A stretch of 64,000 bases of DNA. It comes from Psilocybe cubensis (Eukaryota). Below the pieces are notes generated by a model. That model was not told the origin of the DNA and did not search any database. It saw only the letters and a list, made by a program, of their open reading frames with translations. How positions within the stretch are numbered: the stretch's first letter is position 1; every line of letters begins with the position of its first letter. The DNA is taken from the NCBI GenBank assembly GCA_017499595.2, contig CM039008.1, positions 62,001 to 126,000 on the forward strand. The letters run 5' to 3'. Of the stretch, positions 34,331 to 48,370 are shown piece after piece. Made by a program: the position numbers and the translations under genes.

Positions 34331-37300
34331 GCAGTACCTTCGTCTTTCCGAGCTCGCTACAACACCGCCTCTTCATCGCTCTCGCTCTCGCTCTCGTTCC
34401 CGTCCTCCTACTCGCATACCCCCATCGTTGTTCGTCGTCAAACACCTCCCACACTCACTCGTCCAGTGCCTGAAAAAGAAAATGTCGCCATAGAGTCGCT
34501 TACACGTATCACAACGACCACGCGGTGCGTTTCTGACACAATCCGCGAATTCGAGATTAGTTGCAGAAACACGTGTCGCGCCTGTAGAACATTTATCAGC
34601 AGTTCTTAGCGAAGCAGAATGACTTTGGGACTCGAAAGGTTAGAAATCAAGGTGGAGTGTGCGGTTGGCGGCGAGGACGAGGACGAAGATGAGGACAAGG
34701 GATGTCATGAGATTGGTTGAGAAATTGTGGAGGAGGATACTCAAGGTGAGTGGTTCGCGTTTGACTTTCTACGCTCTGGCGCATGGAAATTCAAGAATCC
34801 ACAACACATTCCCCATTTCCCTCTCTATCTACACACCTACGATGACCCAGCCCTGGAATTCAAGTATTTCTCTCGACAACAAGCATCACCGCATACATAA
34901 TGAAATGCAGTACATCGCCGACAGACTTTCAACATCAAGCAACAACCGTCCAGCCATGATCCACATGCCAATCAGGAGGCTCAGCGAATCCTCGCGCTGC
35001 GTTCTTCCCACCAACATGCCCACGAACGCGACATGCAATGCGGACAATGGTGCGTCCTCGCATCCCTTCAGGTTCCCGCCCACCTCCACCTCCACCACAA
35101 CCTCTCCCTCACCACTCGCACTCTCACCCCCATTCGATCCCTCCGTTACAGGCAAACATGTTTCCACCTGACGCCTCCCTCTTAAACCTCCGCGCCATCA
35201 ATGAATTTGACGACAACGCGACAGTCAGTAACGTTGGGATGGGTGGATGGGTGGACGGCGTGAGTGGGGTAGGGTATGAACTTATGAGTCAACACTGGGA
35301 CCTGGGGCAGTGTGCAGAGGGACGTAAGCGTACTCCCGGACGCTGAGATCTGCCTCGTTTCTGCTCAGACTACACACTACATCTCCGAATCATGTTCTTT
35401 GTTAGTCTTTGAATCCCCGGGGTATATTTGCTCTCGCTGCTGAATGGCACCTCAAGTGGCTGTCACTTAAATTTTACGTCGTCATTAATTCTGCTGATCA
35501 AATGCAGATGGATCCAGCTATGAATACCCCTTGCGCTCGAAACTAGGACAATGTGCCTAACAGGCTAAAATGCTTTCAGACTACCACACCCTTTCACGTA
35601 TACAAAGCTCAGTGATATGAAAAATTAAGAAGAAAATGAATAATACAATCTAGCCACACGGCTGAATGCACAATCAATATTTATTAATATTACTCTACAA
35701 ATACTACTTCTGCAGTCTTTAACAATGACCCATTTGGCAGTATGATTTGCTTGGTTCCCATCTGACATGAGAATGAGGGATATGACGGTGGTTTGAACTC
35801 CTTGTCTGAATCGTTGATTGCATTTTGACGAACAGCAGTGTATGCAGGGATCCATTCTGGAAAGGTGTTGCAAGGATTAGGAGTTGGTACATATCCTCAG
35901 TTCATTCGGGGCAAAAGCCCCATAATACAACCACAATGAGGCTGTCGGCAGATGTTTGGTTAGCAAGCTGCAAGCTGAAGCATGAAACATGGCGCATGAA
36001 ATTCCTTACAGATAATGTCCTCAAAGCTCATTGATCAAGGGTGGATGACGATGTTCACGCTTGTCGGTTGCATCCTGTATACAAACATCAACATGAATCA
36101 GAAGTCTGGGTAGTAAGCTGGACGGTCTCATAGATGACATACCTGTCAATGCTGGAGAGTAGCTATAGACAGATAACGAATTGCAGTGCAGCGGTACTGC
36201 GAGCGATATGTATGGATGGATTTCTGCAGGAGCAAGCATTGTGCGCGTTTCGTTGAGCATCTGGGATGAAGAGTAGACGACTCGACTCGACGTAGATTGG
36301 TCGTCTTTATCCGTAACATTTGACATCTTCATCTGCTTATCATAATGCTCGCAAGAATATCTTTTCACAGGCATAAAAACTCCTTATTGTTTGTGCACCA
36401 TATGGTGTGATTATTGATACCATGACACTTCTCACACCATGCCTTCTCCGGCTACAATGACTCGCGCCGGCACAGAACTACGGATTTCCAGGACAATAAC
36501 TATGTATTTGATCACTGCAGATACACCTGTCCTTGCTGCAGCAGTATCGGGCTCCATACAAAAATCCGGGACGCTGAATGAATCATGCATCTGAGATTGC
36601 GTGAGCGCGGTTGGGGTGATGAGAGGTGTTGATGAGCGTCGATTGAGGAATTATGGATAATGAGAGGTAGACATCTCAGTGTAGTGATTCGCTTTCCCCT
36701 TCCCCTCGTTATCTACACTTCCCAACAGCGCATGACACGGAAACTCACAGGGTCCCAATATACCTCGCGGTGTAACACAACGCTCACATAACTCCGCAAC
36801 CAAAGTCCTACTCAACTCACACGTCCCAACACCCCCTCTTCCCCATCTGCTGCGTCCTTCCCTCGCTGATACATGTTGATTGTATGTAACGAGAGTCGCA
36901 CAGTCTTGATTTTCATCCTTTCGCCTCCGTGTCCGTCTCGTTTTTGGGTTTGAAGTTGGATAGTTGGCTGGTGGGTTTGGCAAGGATCATGTTGTAAGGG
37001 GAGAGAGTGCGTGAGTGAGTGATCGTCAGTAAGTGGATAATCCTCCTTCTCCTGTGTGTATGTACGTCACAAATTGTGGTTCTTGTTGGAATCGCAGTCA
37101 TCCGTTCTTCCAATGCGAATTCAAAGCCACTTGCGATGAAATCAGTACATGCCGGTGTGACAAACGCGCTACCTTGATTCCGAACTCTCGTCTCGTCTTC
37201 GTCTTCGTGCAGAATGAACAAACCACGCCCAACACTGCGAACAAACCCTTATAAAACAAGAAAGACAACGTAACTGTCAGATATTTTTTCACACACATAT

Positions 37301-37424
37301 ATCAAATGACCTGCGATATCGATCGACGTCACAAATTGGACACAATAGAGATGAGAGCATTCAAAGACATTGTGCATAAAATTACAAGTTGCAATATATA
37401 ATACAGTGCCTTCTTCGCACAGCA

Positions 37425-38716
37425 TGGACTCATCGGGAATTGAACCTGACACCTTTCGCAGTCCATAAATGCAAAGCGAGCGTGATAACCAACTACACCA
37501 TAAGTATGGAAAGCCGGAAGAGCGAGGTGCCCAGACACAAACCAAACATCGTCTGGCAGAGATGCCGAGTGATCGCTAGGCAACTCACAATCCCGCTGTG
37601 GCTGAACGACTTCCGACACCCTGCACCGAGTGCACTATACAAATATCTATATTCCGTCGCATACTGTAGGTGTTACCTGCCCTGGTAGGTAATCTGGATA
37701 CACATAATTATTACATGTAATCTAGTACACAATAGCAAACACAATTTTACTGGCATGGCAGGCAATTGCTGCGAAGCCGCCGTTTGAAGTTATTTTTCGC
37801 ACTATTATTTACTAGCTATGGCCTGTAAGAAAGGGTTTTTGCATCAGTTACAAGTTTTTCTTGCCCCCGCTGTGACGTAAGTAACAATATTGACACCGAG
37901 AGTAACAGCGGTTCCGTAGCCTTCATTTATATTGTAGAAATAAGGTGTTCAAAAGAAATAGACAAAGAAAGAGATAACAGGGTTAATTGAGAAATACATG
38001 AAGGTATAGTATAAGTCAGTTTCAAGAAATAGGAAAATAGAGTAAAGAAAATGAGCTAAAGGACTGGGTGTGTCGGGTGGATGGAACAAAGGTGAAGTCC
38101 ACAGAAAAGTAAATTAAAGATAAGATAAAAGGAAGATAATCGGCGGTGTGGGAAACAGTCAGTTTTCTACAGGCTCACATCAAGGCTCACATCTTCAGCT
38201 CAAGGTCTCAACGACGTCGAGCTTAGACCACTCACCGCGCTCTATCACCTGCCCTAGATCTCCTCTTTCTCCTTTCCTCTCATGTCCATTTCGTCCGTTG
38301 CCCATGAACAGCCGTCCCGCCGTGCTGAGCGCATACCAAAGTTTGGTTTGGGTCTGATGGGTGAGTATAAGCACTCTGGATCTTTTTACAAGCAGTTTAC
38401 CTGTCCTAGTTCACTTCCTCTTATGTCATCAATGTGCTAGCCAAGGCCCAAACACCGCGGTCATTTTAGTCATGCAAAATATTGAATTTATTGCCTTTCT
38501 TACAGGCCATAACTAAATAATAGATGGCGAAAAATAACGTACCTAAAGTATGTGACGGAATATAGATATTTGTATAGTGCACTCGGTGCAGGGTGTCGGA
38601 AGTCGTTCAGCCATAGCGGGATTGTGAGTTGCCTAACGATCACTCGGCATCTCTGCCGGACGATGTTTGGCTTGTGGCTGGGCACCTCGCTCTTCCGGCT
38701 TTCCATACATAAGCCC
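37425..38716 (-). pseudogene. tRNA-Ala(TGC) gene with a short intron, split by a TIR element
   Basis: Body at 37425-37504 (A box TGGTGTAGTTGG, anticodon arm CTCGC-TTTGCA, B box GGTTCAATTCC, 3' TGAGTCCA). The missing 5' GGG lies at 38714-38716. Removing the insert restores GGGCTTA/TGAGTCC with G3:U70. Confidence 0.88.
37505..38707. mobile_element. Non-autonomous TIR DNA transposon (about 1.2 kb), TIRs of about 167 bp, TATGG...CCATA ends, 6-bp duplication CATAAG
   Basis: 37505-37671 is the near-perfect reverse complement of 38541-38707. CATAAG lies at 37499-37504 and 38708-38713; an alternative reading is GTATGG...CCATAC with a 4-bp ATAA duplication. Confidence 0.92.
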
Positions 38717-38899
38717 AGTAAATCCAATTTCTGCGTGGCTGGTCTCCAGAGCGTCATCAGACGGAGAAGAGCAACGACATAGTTCATACAATTTACAAGT
38801 GTGATAACAACCAAAGTTTGAGGTTCTGAATCAATGGTGAAGAAAAACGTGTTTTGTGGATGTGAACATGAGCATATATGAATCAAAATGAATGCAAAA

Positions 38900-38988
38900 T
38901 GGACGCATTGGGAATTGAACCCAACACCTCTCGCAAAGTCATCCAATTGATGCTAAGCGAGCGTGATAACCAACTACACCATGTGCCC
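38900..38988 (-). tRNA. tRNA-Ala(AGC) with an intron of about 15 nt
   Basis: GGGCACATGGTGTAGTTGGTTATCACGCTCGCTTAGCA[intron]TGCGAGAGGTGTTGGGTTCAATTCCCAATGCGTCCA, G3:U70 pair, followed by a TTTT Pol III terminator; one A-C mismatch in the acceptor stem. Confidence 0.9.
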
Positions 38989-39369
38989 TATACACTTGAC
39001 GCGCGCCTATGGCGTCTCAGCGGGCGGATAAGTATCAAAGAACGGTGTAACGCAAGTCACTCCAGTCTAGACAGGTTCATTCAGGTATACCGTTGATGTG
39101 GTACTCAATACGAGTGCAACCGTGTCTGGACTTGATCGGCTGGGTTCATAACGGTTAGCGCCCATATCCATATATAGGTTTGTCCTTTGACATTCAATTC
39201 GGAAAAATAATTTCAGAGATATTCGCATCGTAGTATGACAATGCAAAAATGCAAGTTGAACACGTCACGATGCTCCGTATCCATTTCGACAATGACATGG
39301 AGAAAAAAGTGCAGAGGGAATATCGAGACGCATGACGTCGTCGTAAGCTGTCGCGGTGCGTGCACGCCA

Positions 39370-39990
39370 GGAGTCAACGCGGAGTTTGAATACCCTTGAC
39401 AACAGCAAGGACAAACAACCAGCGCGCTGCTTAAGCTTTGTTCTTTTACCTTTTTCCACTGCCATCTGCACTCAACTCTTCTCCAGCCACTCGAACGACG
39501 ATGATTTGAAGGAAAGGGAAGCTCGAAATACTGAAGGAGTGCGGGGGAATTGGTGGACGAAGCTGTTTGATTTTGGGGAGGGGACAATGGATTCAGATGT
39601 CCAGTTCGGTGAGTGTTTCACATGCCCTTCATCGTTCTCGCATGGAACCACGGAAGCCACGACCACAACCACCCTCTCCCTGTCCTCTTCCATCGCTCGG
39701 ACCCGGCACCATCACTTTCCCACTCAGCGACTGCACTGCACTGGCGGCGGGCGCACACGAAACCATCGACGCAGCGGCATCTACACCAAGTCGATCAATG
39801 ACTCTCGGTATGCTACGTGCAGCTCACCTGTGCATTTTTTAAAGCGTCTATGTAGTGGAGTGTCTACGTCCACGTCTGCGCTACATCTCCCTTTATCCTA
39901 TGAATCCTTCCACGCATGTCCATCTGTTGAGGTAAGTCATCCACCACCCTGGGGCCCGCATGTCTGTGGGCGCATACAAGCAGTATCTTC
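39370..39990 (+). repeat. Dispersed repeat family R, copy
   Basis: GCGGAGTTTGAATACCCTTGACAACAGCAAGGACAAACAAC and CATCGACGCAGCGGCATCTACACCAAGTC; closest to the 33.9-kb copy. Confidence 0.7.
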
Positions 39991-41633
39991 GTCATTTGTA
40001 CCTCGTCACAGCAACACTGCTTCAAGATTTTAGTGTGTTTTCCGACATTGGTGGCTTCCTCTTTCTATGTAGATTATAATGCTCGACGCTCGCCGAAGCA
40101 GGCTGAAAATTGTGAACCTGATATGTCACTCACTGATATCTAACTCTTAAATGTATGTATGATACTGATAACCATGGACGTCATTAAACGGTGCAAAAAT
40201 ATCCATCGAATGACGCATACATCTAACTCGCAACACCCTGGTATTGAATCTCACCGTCCCCTACATGCTTCATTGATCAGTGAAGATGTTTTTCTAACAC
40301 CAAGTCTGTAAATGTTGTTAATTTCAATCACAAATGGGTTCTGAATACTCAGGTATGGCACTTCAATGACACTTCAATCTAACCAAGTCTGTATCAATTT
40401 TAGATTCTAATGGTCTATAGAGGTTCAGGGAATGGATTCCAATCTACATACATAGATAAAAAGCAGTCTAGTACATTGGCTATTGCCAAGGGTAGGCTCT
40501 GTTCGGGTGGGAATCGCGGCTCGACCATTGACTATACGCCTGTTCTCTTGCTTCTCTGCAAGCGCCCACAAACCCTTTCGTATAGGCTGGGCATTTTGGA
40601 GTATCTTGAGGATACTGGCCTCATCATCTTCCTCCTCCATTTCTGACTACGTCGGCATAAATCACGGGTGTTCGTGCATTGATGCAGCGTTGAGTAGGCG
40701 CTCCAAGAGGGGAGGGCCTGGCCGTGTGTGAACAGCCTATGATTTCGGTTTGCCGCCACCTTCACGAGGGAGAGATAGCCGTGACGGCCGGGTTAGGATG
40801 GGCGGAGGGCTAGGTAAACCTTCTGGAAAGACGCGCAGGTTGTGAGTGGCTTTGCTGGAGTGTTATTTGTGTAGCGCTCTGGAGTCATTCTGGAGGTATA
40901 TGTTATGAAGTGCGTTCTTAAATGCTCGACTGGGTTGTGCTAAATGTTGGGTTGACTGGTGTAAGAGCTATTTGGGTGGTGTATTTATATGTTTCTGTTC
41001 TGTGCCACGAATGTATGAAGTCAGTCTTGGCTCAATATTTAGAACGTTATGGAACATCTAGCGTTATGTGGCCCGTTTCAATCCCTGTTGTCAAAACGCC
41101 CGGGGCCCACCGGGGCCTCACTGTCTGCACCCGATCGTACATTGCTGCTCAACACGGGTGGCCCATTATACGGACTTATGACCATGATCAAAGAAATGGC
41201 CAAGAAATAACAAATTTTCAGTGGAACACATCAACCTTCCGTCTGGCCTGGTCAAGGCCAGGTTGTCGTCGAGTGCATTTGATCAGCGCCCGCCGTTGTT
41301 TGCCGACGAATTACTTGAACAAAACATGCACAAATAACCTGCCGACATCACCCGAGCTACGGTCGCAGGAAGACGGTAATATGGGTAAAAAACAAAGAAT
41401 GAATACAGCTTTTCCAATGGTTCAGACCCCCGCTTCGAGTCGACGAAAATATGTAAACTTTACAATCCCATTTAATACATCACGAAGAAGTTAATCCAGT
41501 ACAGTGGATACATCATTGGGCAGTTGCCACCGATTATTCAGCCTTGTTGGACAGCTCAAGCGAAGAACATTCGTATCATGGCTAGGTGCACTAGAAATTG
41601 AACAGGGGACTACTACTATGTAAGCTCCAGTAC

Positions 41634-42214
41634 TTATTCCGAGATCAAAGCTTCGGCACTACTCTTGACAGAGACAGGCACATAGAATACACAAATTCCT
41701 GTAGTTCGAGTATATTCAGAGGTTTGTGATGATAATGCTTAGTTCCAGATAATGATATTAACCTTTGGATCCGGCAGAAGAGCTACAGTGCCAGCGGAGC
41801 ACTGAACCCTCTTCTACATGCACTATTGAGCCTGCTGTAACGGTTACATGGGTTCTGGGATTTTTTGGGTCTTCATATTTTGTTTCACCTGATAGATGCA
41901 GATTTAAACGAGGGCACAAAATTAATAAACGACACAGGCGGTATAGGAACGGGAGAGGGTATACCTACCCTCAGTGAAATAGATAACTCCAGGGCCAGGA
42001 TACTTGTAAGCCAACTGGCCCCCTTTGTCCATGGAAAAGACGGAGGTGAGAAGATAGTGCGTGGAATCGCTCCGTTGTCCGTGAAGTTCGATATCGGGAT
42101 GTATGAATGTTTTGTAGGCAACTTCCTGGGTATCTTGGTATTCTTCGCGTGCGATATGCTACTTGATGTCAGAGAGTAATTGAACAAATGTTTTGAACGG
42201 CATACTTTAGGCAT
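41634..42214 (-). CDS. Small cupin-fold (EutQ-like) protein D, copy 1, 129 aa, 4 exons
   Basis: Exons 42214-42206, 42158-41969, 41888-41763, 41698-41634 give MPKHIAREEY...YKYPGPGVIYFTEGETKYEDPKNPRTHVTVTAGSIVHVEEGSVLRWHC...ISE*. Same intron positions as the copy at 56550-57143. Confidence 0.82.
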
Positions 42215-43019
42215 TGATGGTTATAGAATGAGAAAGTAGAGAATGAAGTGGTTTTCGAGGAATACCCCCCACTTGTTCGAACGCTTTTATATCATGGCCT
42301 GCAGCGGATTCTCAGAACTCTAAATAGACTCCTTCAAATAACATTACCCTATACCAAAGCCTAGCTCGTTTATTCACACATCTGTCAACAAACCTTTATG
42401 TCACGAGGATTATAGAACTACATGGGGCGTATGACACAGAAGTTAAACGTTATTACGAGACTTAAGAAATAGATACTACTTTAATTTCCTTGGGCATGCA
42501 GTCAGGTGTCCAGGATTATTGTATTGGTCTTTTTACGAGATGTGATAGCGGTGTTCAAAACCCCAATAATGTCACTTATGGTCATATCACAGGACTAGAT
42601 ACTTTGCACGGATACAACCCTTTGCCACTTTTCAATCGCAATGTAATTACAGTTGTACAGCAGGTCACTGCTGTATTTGACAGTTTAATATTTGACAACG
42701 ACATATAGGTCGAATTTTCACTGCGAGTTTGTGTGTATGCCGGATCTCTAATCTCACCTAATCTCACTCTGCGACGACTTCCCCTGTGCGCAACGTTTAT
42801 GTTTATCCATTTACATCATAAGCCAGAGTTGATCAGTGCTCAAACTTATAAATAAATTAAGTTTTCTGGAGGTATTTGTAGGCTCAAACTCTTTATTTTC
42901 TTTGGATACTAACTACTTTTTTGGTACTGCCCTGGAGCCTGCAATGGCTCTTATGCGGTCAAAAGTTCATATTCATGCCCTATTTTCAGCGACGCACAAC
43001 CTCCATTACCAAATGCCTC

Positions 43020-43135
43020 TGTGAGAACCGTCAGAGCCATGATGTGGTTGTTAGAGTCCCCGTTGCCCTGCCTTCACCTTCCTCTTGATCCCAAAGAACA
43101 TCAGTCTGCGGCGAGGTGCTCGTTCCACTACCTTG
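43020..43135 (-). pseudogene. Third, fragmentary copy of the last exon of gene A
   Basis: GTCTGCGGCGAGGTGCTCGTTCCACT and its flank match 8160-8207 (GTCTGCGCCGAGGTGCTCGTTCCACT). Confidence 0.55.
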
Positions 43136-44858
43136 GTATAATGATATCCAAATTTCTTGAAAATAAGGCCGTCAAGTTGCTTTGAAAGCCAGTGACTCGA
43201 TGAATAGTCTTTGGGTCGGTTGTGTATTCTCTACGAATACATACAGTAGAAATCAGCAATCCAACTCAAATATCATAGTCTGGGAGAGTACCCACCGGCC
43301 AACAGTTCATAGATCAGAAGATCGTAGCCCCAAGGATGGGGACCCTACGATTGGATTATCACCCTCACGGCTTGTCGACGAAAACGCAGTAGTGTGTCAC
43401 GATCATGGGCGATTCGCCCCTCTTGGAATCGGTTTCGATATTGGATTTCAGTGGAGCCCAGGTCCACAAGATGTTCCGTGGCAATGCTACACGATGCCCC
43501 TGCGCTGAACGTCGATGAGTTGGGGCCATGACTACCTGGTTATGTGATATGACATTTGTGAGCTGCGCACATTTCAGGCCTACTTGACTGGGACACTCAC
43601 CGTCGGACGCGATGTCCAACTCTGCTACTTAGACTGGCGATAACCGCTGCTGAATTGCACAATAGAACAGTTCAGCCCTGACTACTGGATTGATGTTTGA
43701 AGCAATAGAAAACGTACTTGGGCTTCTAGCCCGTTACACTCGAAGGAAGATGTAGCAATAGACAGATATGACATGGCGTGCGAGTCTGCGTGAGTCGAAG
43801 CGCAGTGTTCACCGTGGAGTGCATTGTTCTTTGCCACAGTAACATGGGTGAGGATTTGAGATTTGTGTAAAACATTGGGGTGTTGGGCTTTGCTAGACGC
43901 TCAGTATGTATAGTTAATGCAAAACCAAAGTCTGTTTGTTTGCCATGGACTCAGCGTGATTCTTGTGCAAAAACTGCACAAAAATGCCTTTATTCCCTCA
44001 CAATCAAACATTATTGTGGAGCATACTAAAGTATCCTGCTCCTCATGACAGCATAATAATCTCTCGACTATTCTAAGAGCCACTCGTCCCGGATTTCATT
44101 ATCATGTGTTACATTCGTTTCGATTCTCCTCGTCCTTGGTCTTTTTGATTAACAAACAAACAAACAAATGTATTCCTACACAGACAACGTCAATGACCTT
44201 TTGAACACTAGCTTACAATACAATTGACTCGGAAACATATTCAATGGCTGATTCCATGTGCTGCCTTTGTCTTGCCCCTCGCCGGCGTTGTTAATTTGGA
44301 TGAAGCACGAACAAAGAACTTTTGATTTCAATCTCCTCAATCTCCTCTTGAAACGCGAGTTCTTCCTTTTCTCACGCTCTCGACCCTTCGTGTTCAATCG
44401 AACTCATGGGCCCTCTCGGCTGGTTACTTGACCTGATATTCGCAATTGCCAAAGGTAGACCTTGGGAGTGGAGTTTGGTGACGTATCAAGGCATGAATAG
44501 AGGTGCGTAAATCAACATATCATTTTCGGCGCCACCTGATGATTCGACATTGCTTTCTGCCGCTTGGTTCCCTTCGACCACCGTCTCTCCCTCTTCCTGA
44601 TCGGTGGACAAAAACTCAAGCATATTGGCGCTTACAAATAGCTGACAGGCCTTCCCCCATCTCGTCAAGGGCGGCGGAAAACTGTCGGGAGTTTGATGGG
44701 GCCCCGGGATAACGCTCTTGGTAAGCGGTTTACTACCTGTTCCCCCGTACTGTTAACATTGGAGGTAGCTCGCGCACAGGAGTGGAGTCCTCTTTTACAT
44801 TCCCTCTCCCTCGATACGACTTCCCACACTTCTCACTGAGCCATTCTCAACTTTCTCA

Positions 44859-46070
44859 ATGTTGCGTCACCAATGCTGCCTCCACTCCAAGGTTATATTA
44901 ACCCCGCCTCCAGACCTCCAGTCCTTTCGACTACCTTCGTGTCATCCTGGGTACAGCCTTCCTATTCAACATACTGGGAATGAGGTCGGATCGACGGCAC
45001 CGTGACCGCTGGCTATGAGAATTGGAGAAGACTCCGCAGGGGCTACAAGACATTACCACGCCTCAAACGGTATTGAATGTATGCTCCGGCTTTAGATCTC
45101 GGTCGAGCGAAGGATGGAACACATGGGCAGTTGGAGGTGATGGTAAGTCACTCATAAACAACTGATTCTTTTGTCTTTCCTCTTGTTTGAATCCTTGCTT
45201 ACAGTATCAACCATTCCTCTACGTTCATGCACGCTTGCGCCTGGACGATGTATCTCAAACTGACACACTCAACGTATAGAACGTGATGAAAACAGACAAA
45301 AGCTGGTCTTGCATTGCGGAATAGTTATAGGTACGTAAATGATACTCTCTTTGGACCTCGCATTCATGATGATTAAGATCATCCACCCTTCTGTCTGCTC
45401 AACTGACGTCCACACAAAGATAATGGAAGTTGAGAACGAATCAGTAATTTTCCACCGTTTGAAAGTGAGCATGGAAATGAGTGTTAGGAGTTTAATCACG
45501 AAGCAGAACAGGATTATGCGCTCTCGGTAAGCGTTTATCATTTGATCAAGCATGTACTGCAATTTTCTCTTTAGATTAAATGGTTGCTCAGGAACCCTCC
45601 CATCCATATCAATGCCACACGCTTCCTATCTCACTGGCGCATGCTTTCACAATGAAGGGTTTCGTTACCTGGAACCGAGACGCACCAATTTTGCATCACC
45701 GTCTCCCCAGAAGCGCTCTCACACCCGCATATAAGCACACGTCTCCTTTGATTTTTCAATTCATTCACATCTTCTGAGGCCTAGCCGCATTGGTAGGACT
45801 ACACAGACTTGAGACCAGCTCGAGGAAGCCAGAGATGGATACGCTGATGCTACTGAGTCGTTACTGCGTCTCGTACGACATCTAATAGAGTACGTGAAGG
45901 ATCCATAATGTGTACGTGATTGGTATCTGAAATGATCATGTTATAGGGCGGCTCATTGACACTGTGGAGATGATGGTATGTTTCATTTTTGCCGTTTCTC
46001 AACGTTTCTTACCATTCAAGACCTCGACATCTCTTCAACGCGCATATTTCGAATACTTAAATGCATGAGG
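44859..46070 (+). pseudogene. Possible decayed multi-exon gene
   Basis: Series of GTAAG/GTACG...YAG intron-like gaps between short frames with in-frame stops; no recognisable family. Confidence 0.25.
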
Positions 46071-46649
46071 GCGGCGGTGGAATGACTCTATGCGTTGGAG
46101 ATTTGTCGTTACGAGTGCGCTGTATTCGAAGAAATACTGCCCTTCACGATCTTTATTAGATGCTATCTTTGACTAGTTTCTTTCTCACAATGTTTGTAGC
46201 CTTTGGGCTATCTATAATTTGTAGTTTCGGGCGTCTAGGTGACTTTGTTCTGGATTTTTGTATCCCTGAGGTTTGAGGAATGTATATAATTAGACGTTGC
46301 TAGTGAACCAGGTAAAACAACTCAGCACGCATGCTATGAGGAATACAGTAAGCATGCAGAATGCATTGCGGCATGGAGTGCAGGCGGGGGTTGAAAGAAG
46401 TCAGTGAAGTTTAAACAGGTAATCCCCACTACCTTGATCTTCGGGCCAAGGCCGTTCACAGCAAGATGTCGCACGGTCACTGCACTTGATTATCTCGGAA
46501 TTATTAGCTTGAGGCAGCGTGTTATCTGATTTCTTATCTCACACTGCAACATTGTCCTCTTTGTACGACACTGCTGCTTTCCTACCTACCCATTACAAGA
46601 TAAACAATGCTCAAATTTTAACAAGCCTGCTCAGTGTCAACCAAGGTAT

Positions 46650-47946
46650 TTCTACTCTTTTTCATTTTTTACTAGATACTGACTACATGTTCGTGAGTGT
46701 CTAAGCGTCGAGCGTGAGGTCGACATCACCTGGAAGGTGAGTTCCTTCCTTTTCTTTGAGTGGTGCTCACGGCCGTGCATTACCAAATGCCCTTCCGAGA
46801 CCGCACCAGCCATGCATCGCGGTGTAGCCGGCTTGCGCTGTGTTCTCCGAGTTGGTGCGGCCGTCAGGGTCCTCGCGACTCTGCCTTTACCAGCCTTTTG
46901 GTCCCGAAGAGGGTCCCGTGGTGACCTCTTTCGTGGGCATTTTGCGGCGGGCGCGGATTTGCTGCTGGAACAGAGTGCAAAGGGAGGAGATAGGATTTAG
47001 ATATTGAGAAGAGTAATAAAAGGTGTGTTGTACATACCCATCATTGTCCCCCGTCGACAGCCTTTGCTTCCTAGAATTTCTGGATGCGCTGGCAACTTGT
47101 CTAATTTTGAAAGGTAAAGTCAGTGGTCGAATCATCATTTTTGACTAGATGAATGGCCACCTCGTACCTGTCGCCGTTTTGTGCAGTGGAGTGATAGTTC
47201 GTCATCCTAAATCACAATTGGTAATATCAGCATCACAGTTGTTCATACTCTGGAGGAGAAAAGGGGACAGCATATCATACCCTCCATCTCTGTGCATGAG
47301 CCGCGCGAAAGGCTCGACGGGGTTGCCCCCGGAGCTCCCTTCGCGGTTTGACGTGCTCTGCATGGATCAAAAATACATGTCGATACCTTTTCTCCGATAT
47401 GGGAGTGGAACCTGTTGTTAAAGCTCGCCTGGGTGCTATAATGGCTTCCTCGGTGAAAATACGAAACTCGTTGCTCAACGCTTGAACGCGTTGGAATCCA
47501 CTGTCGTTTTCGTTCTTCATCTTCCCTGTCTGGCTTCGTAAGGGTGTTCGCGACCTGTGCAGATGGGTCTGTGTCGGCGAACCAGATCCCACCGTGAACA
47601 ATATCGATGTATCGATCATTTTGCCCATTTGTAGGGGCAAACCCCGTGGAAGACGTTGATGGATCAAGGGTGGAAGTAGATGTTGAAGCTTGTTGTGCAT
47701 GGAGGATCGGAGAAAATTGAGTGGTTGTGTTTGAAGACGGTGGGTAGGAGTCGATGATAGGTATATGTCCTGCATCCGCCTCGTTGAAAGCGGAGTAAAT
47801 CAATGGCTCGCTCTCTGGTACTAACATTGTACTGTCTGAGAAGAAGTCAATGATCGATAAGCAATCCAACTTGATCACTGGGAAAGAGCATATTCACCGG
47901 CGGCGAGTCCAGATTGCAGAAAATCAAAAGTGGAAAAATTATCCAT
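46650..47946 (-). pseudogene. Orphan gene A, copy 2 (shorter, apparent frameshift near 47370)
   Basis: MDNFSTFDFLQSGLAA, RYIDIVHGGIWFADTDP and ELTFQVM are shared with copy 1, but the SSGGNPVEP block lies in a different frame from the preceding ORF. The 3' end is approximate. Confidence 0.6.
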
Positions 47947-48089
47947 TTCGATAGAGTCTGTGGATGGACTGTGCTATGTACTGGTGGGGGGCGACAATGT
48001 AGAACGGAAGAAAGAAATGATTTTGATACAGAATGAACGGGTATTTCTCATGTTTTCGGCCCTTGTTGTGCTAGTGCAGGATGACTCCT

Positions 48090-48370
48090 CAGCTCCTCGT
48101 GTATACAATGATTCTTCAACCCTTTAGGCAATAACGTACTGTCGTTTCCCATGAACACACACAATCGACGTTTGTCTACGCCTATGGCCGCACCATTGCC
48201 CTGACGTGCCGAGAGAAATGACCTATCATTATCCGCCTCGTGTCCTATTTCCATCACACAAAATGCTATTGGTTAATGTGTTATTTCTCATAGCCACTGG
48301 TTACATCGAGGCAAATGTCCCTACCTTGGCTGTGATTATTAGTTGCTATTAGTCGGACCTCAATGACCTA
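48090..48370 (-). promoter_or_regulatory. Conserved block upstream of gene A copy 2
   Basis: Paralog of 10040-10300. Confidence 0.55.

Noticed and set aside
35620-36380. Intron-like signals on the minus strand, considered as a lost LSL paralog in the first block
   Set aside because: Translations show no similarity to the lectin; at most an unidentifiable gene relic.
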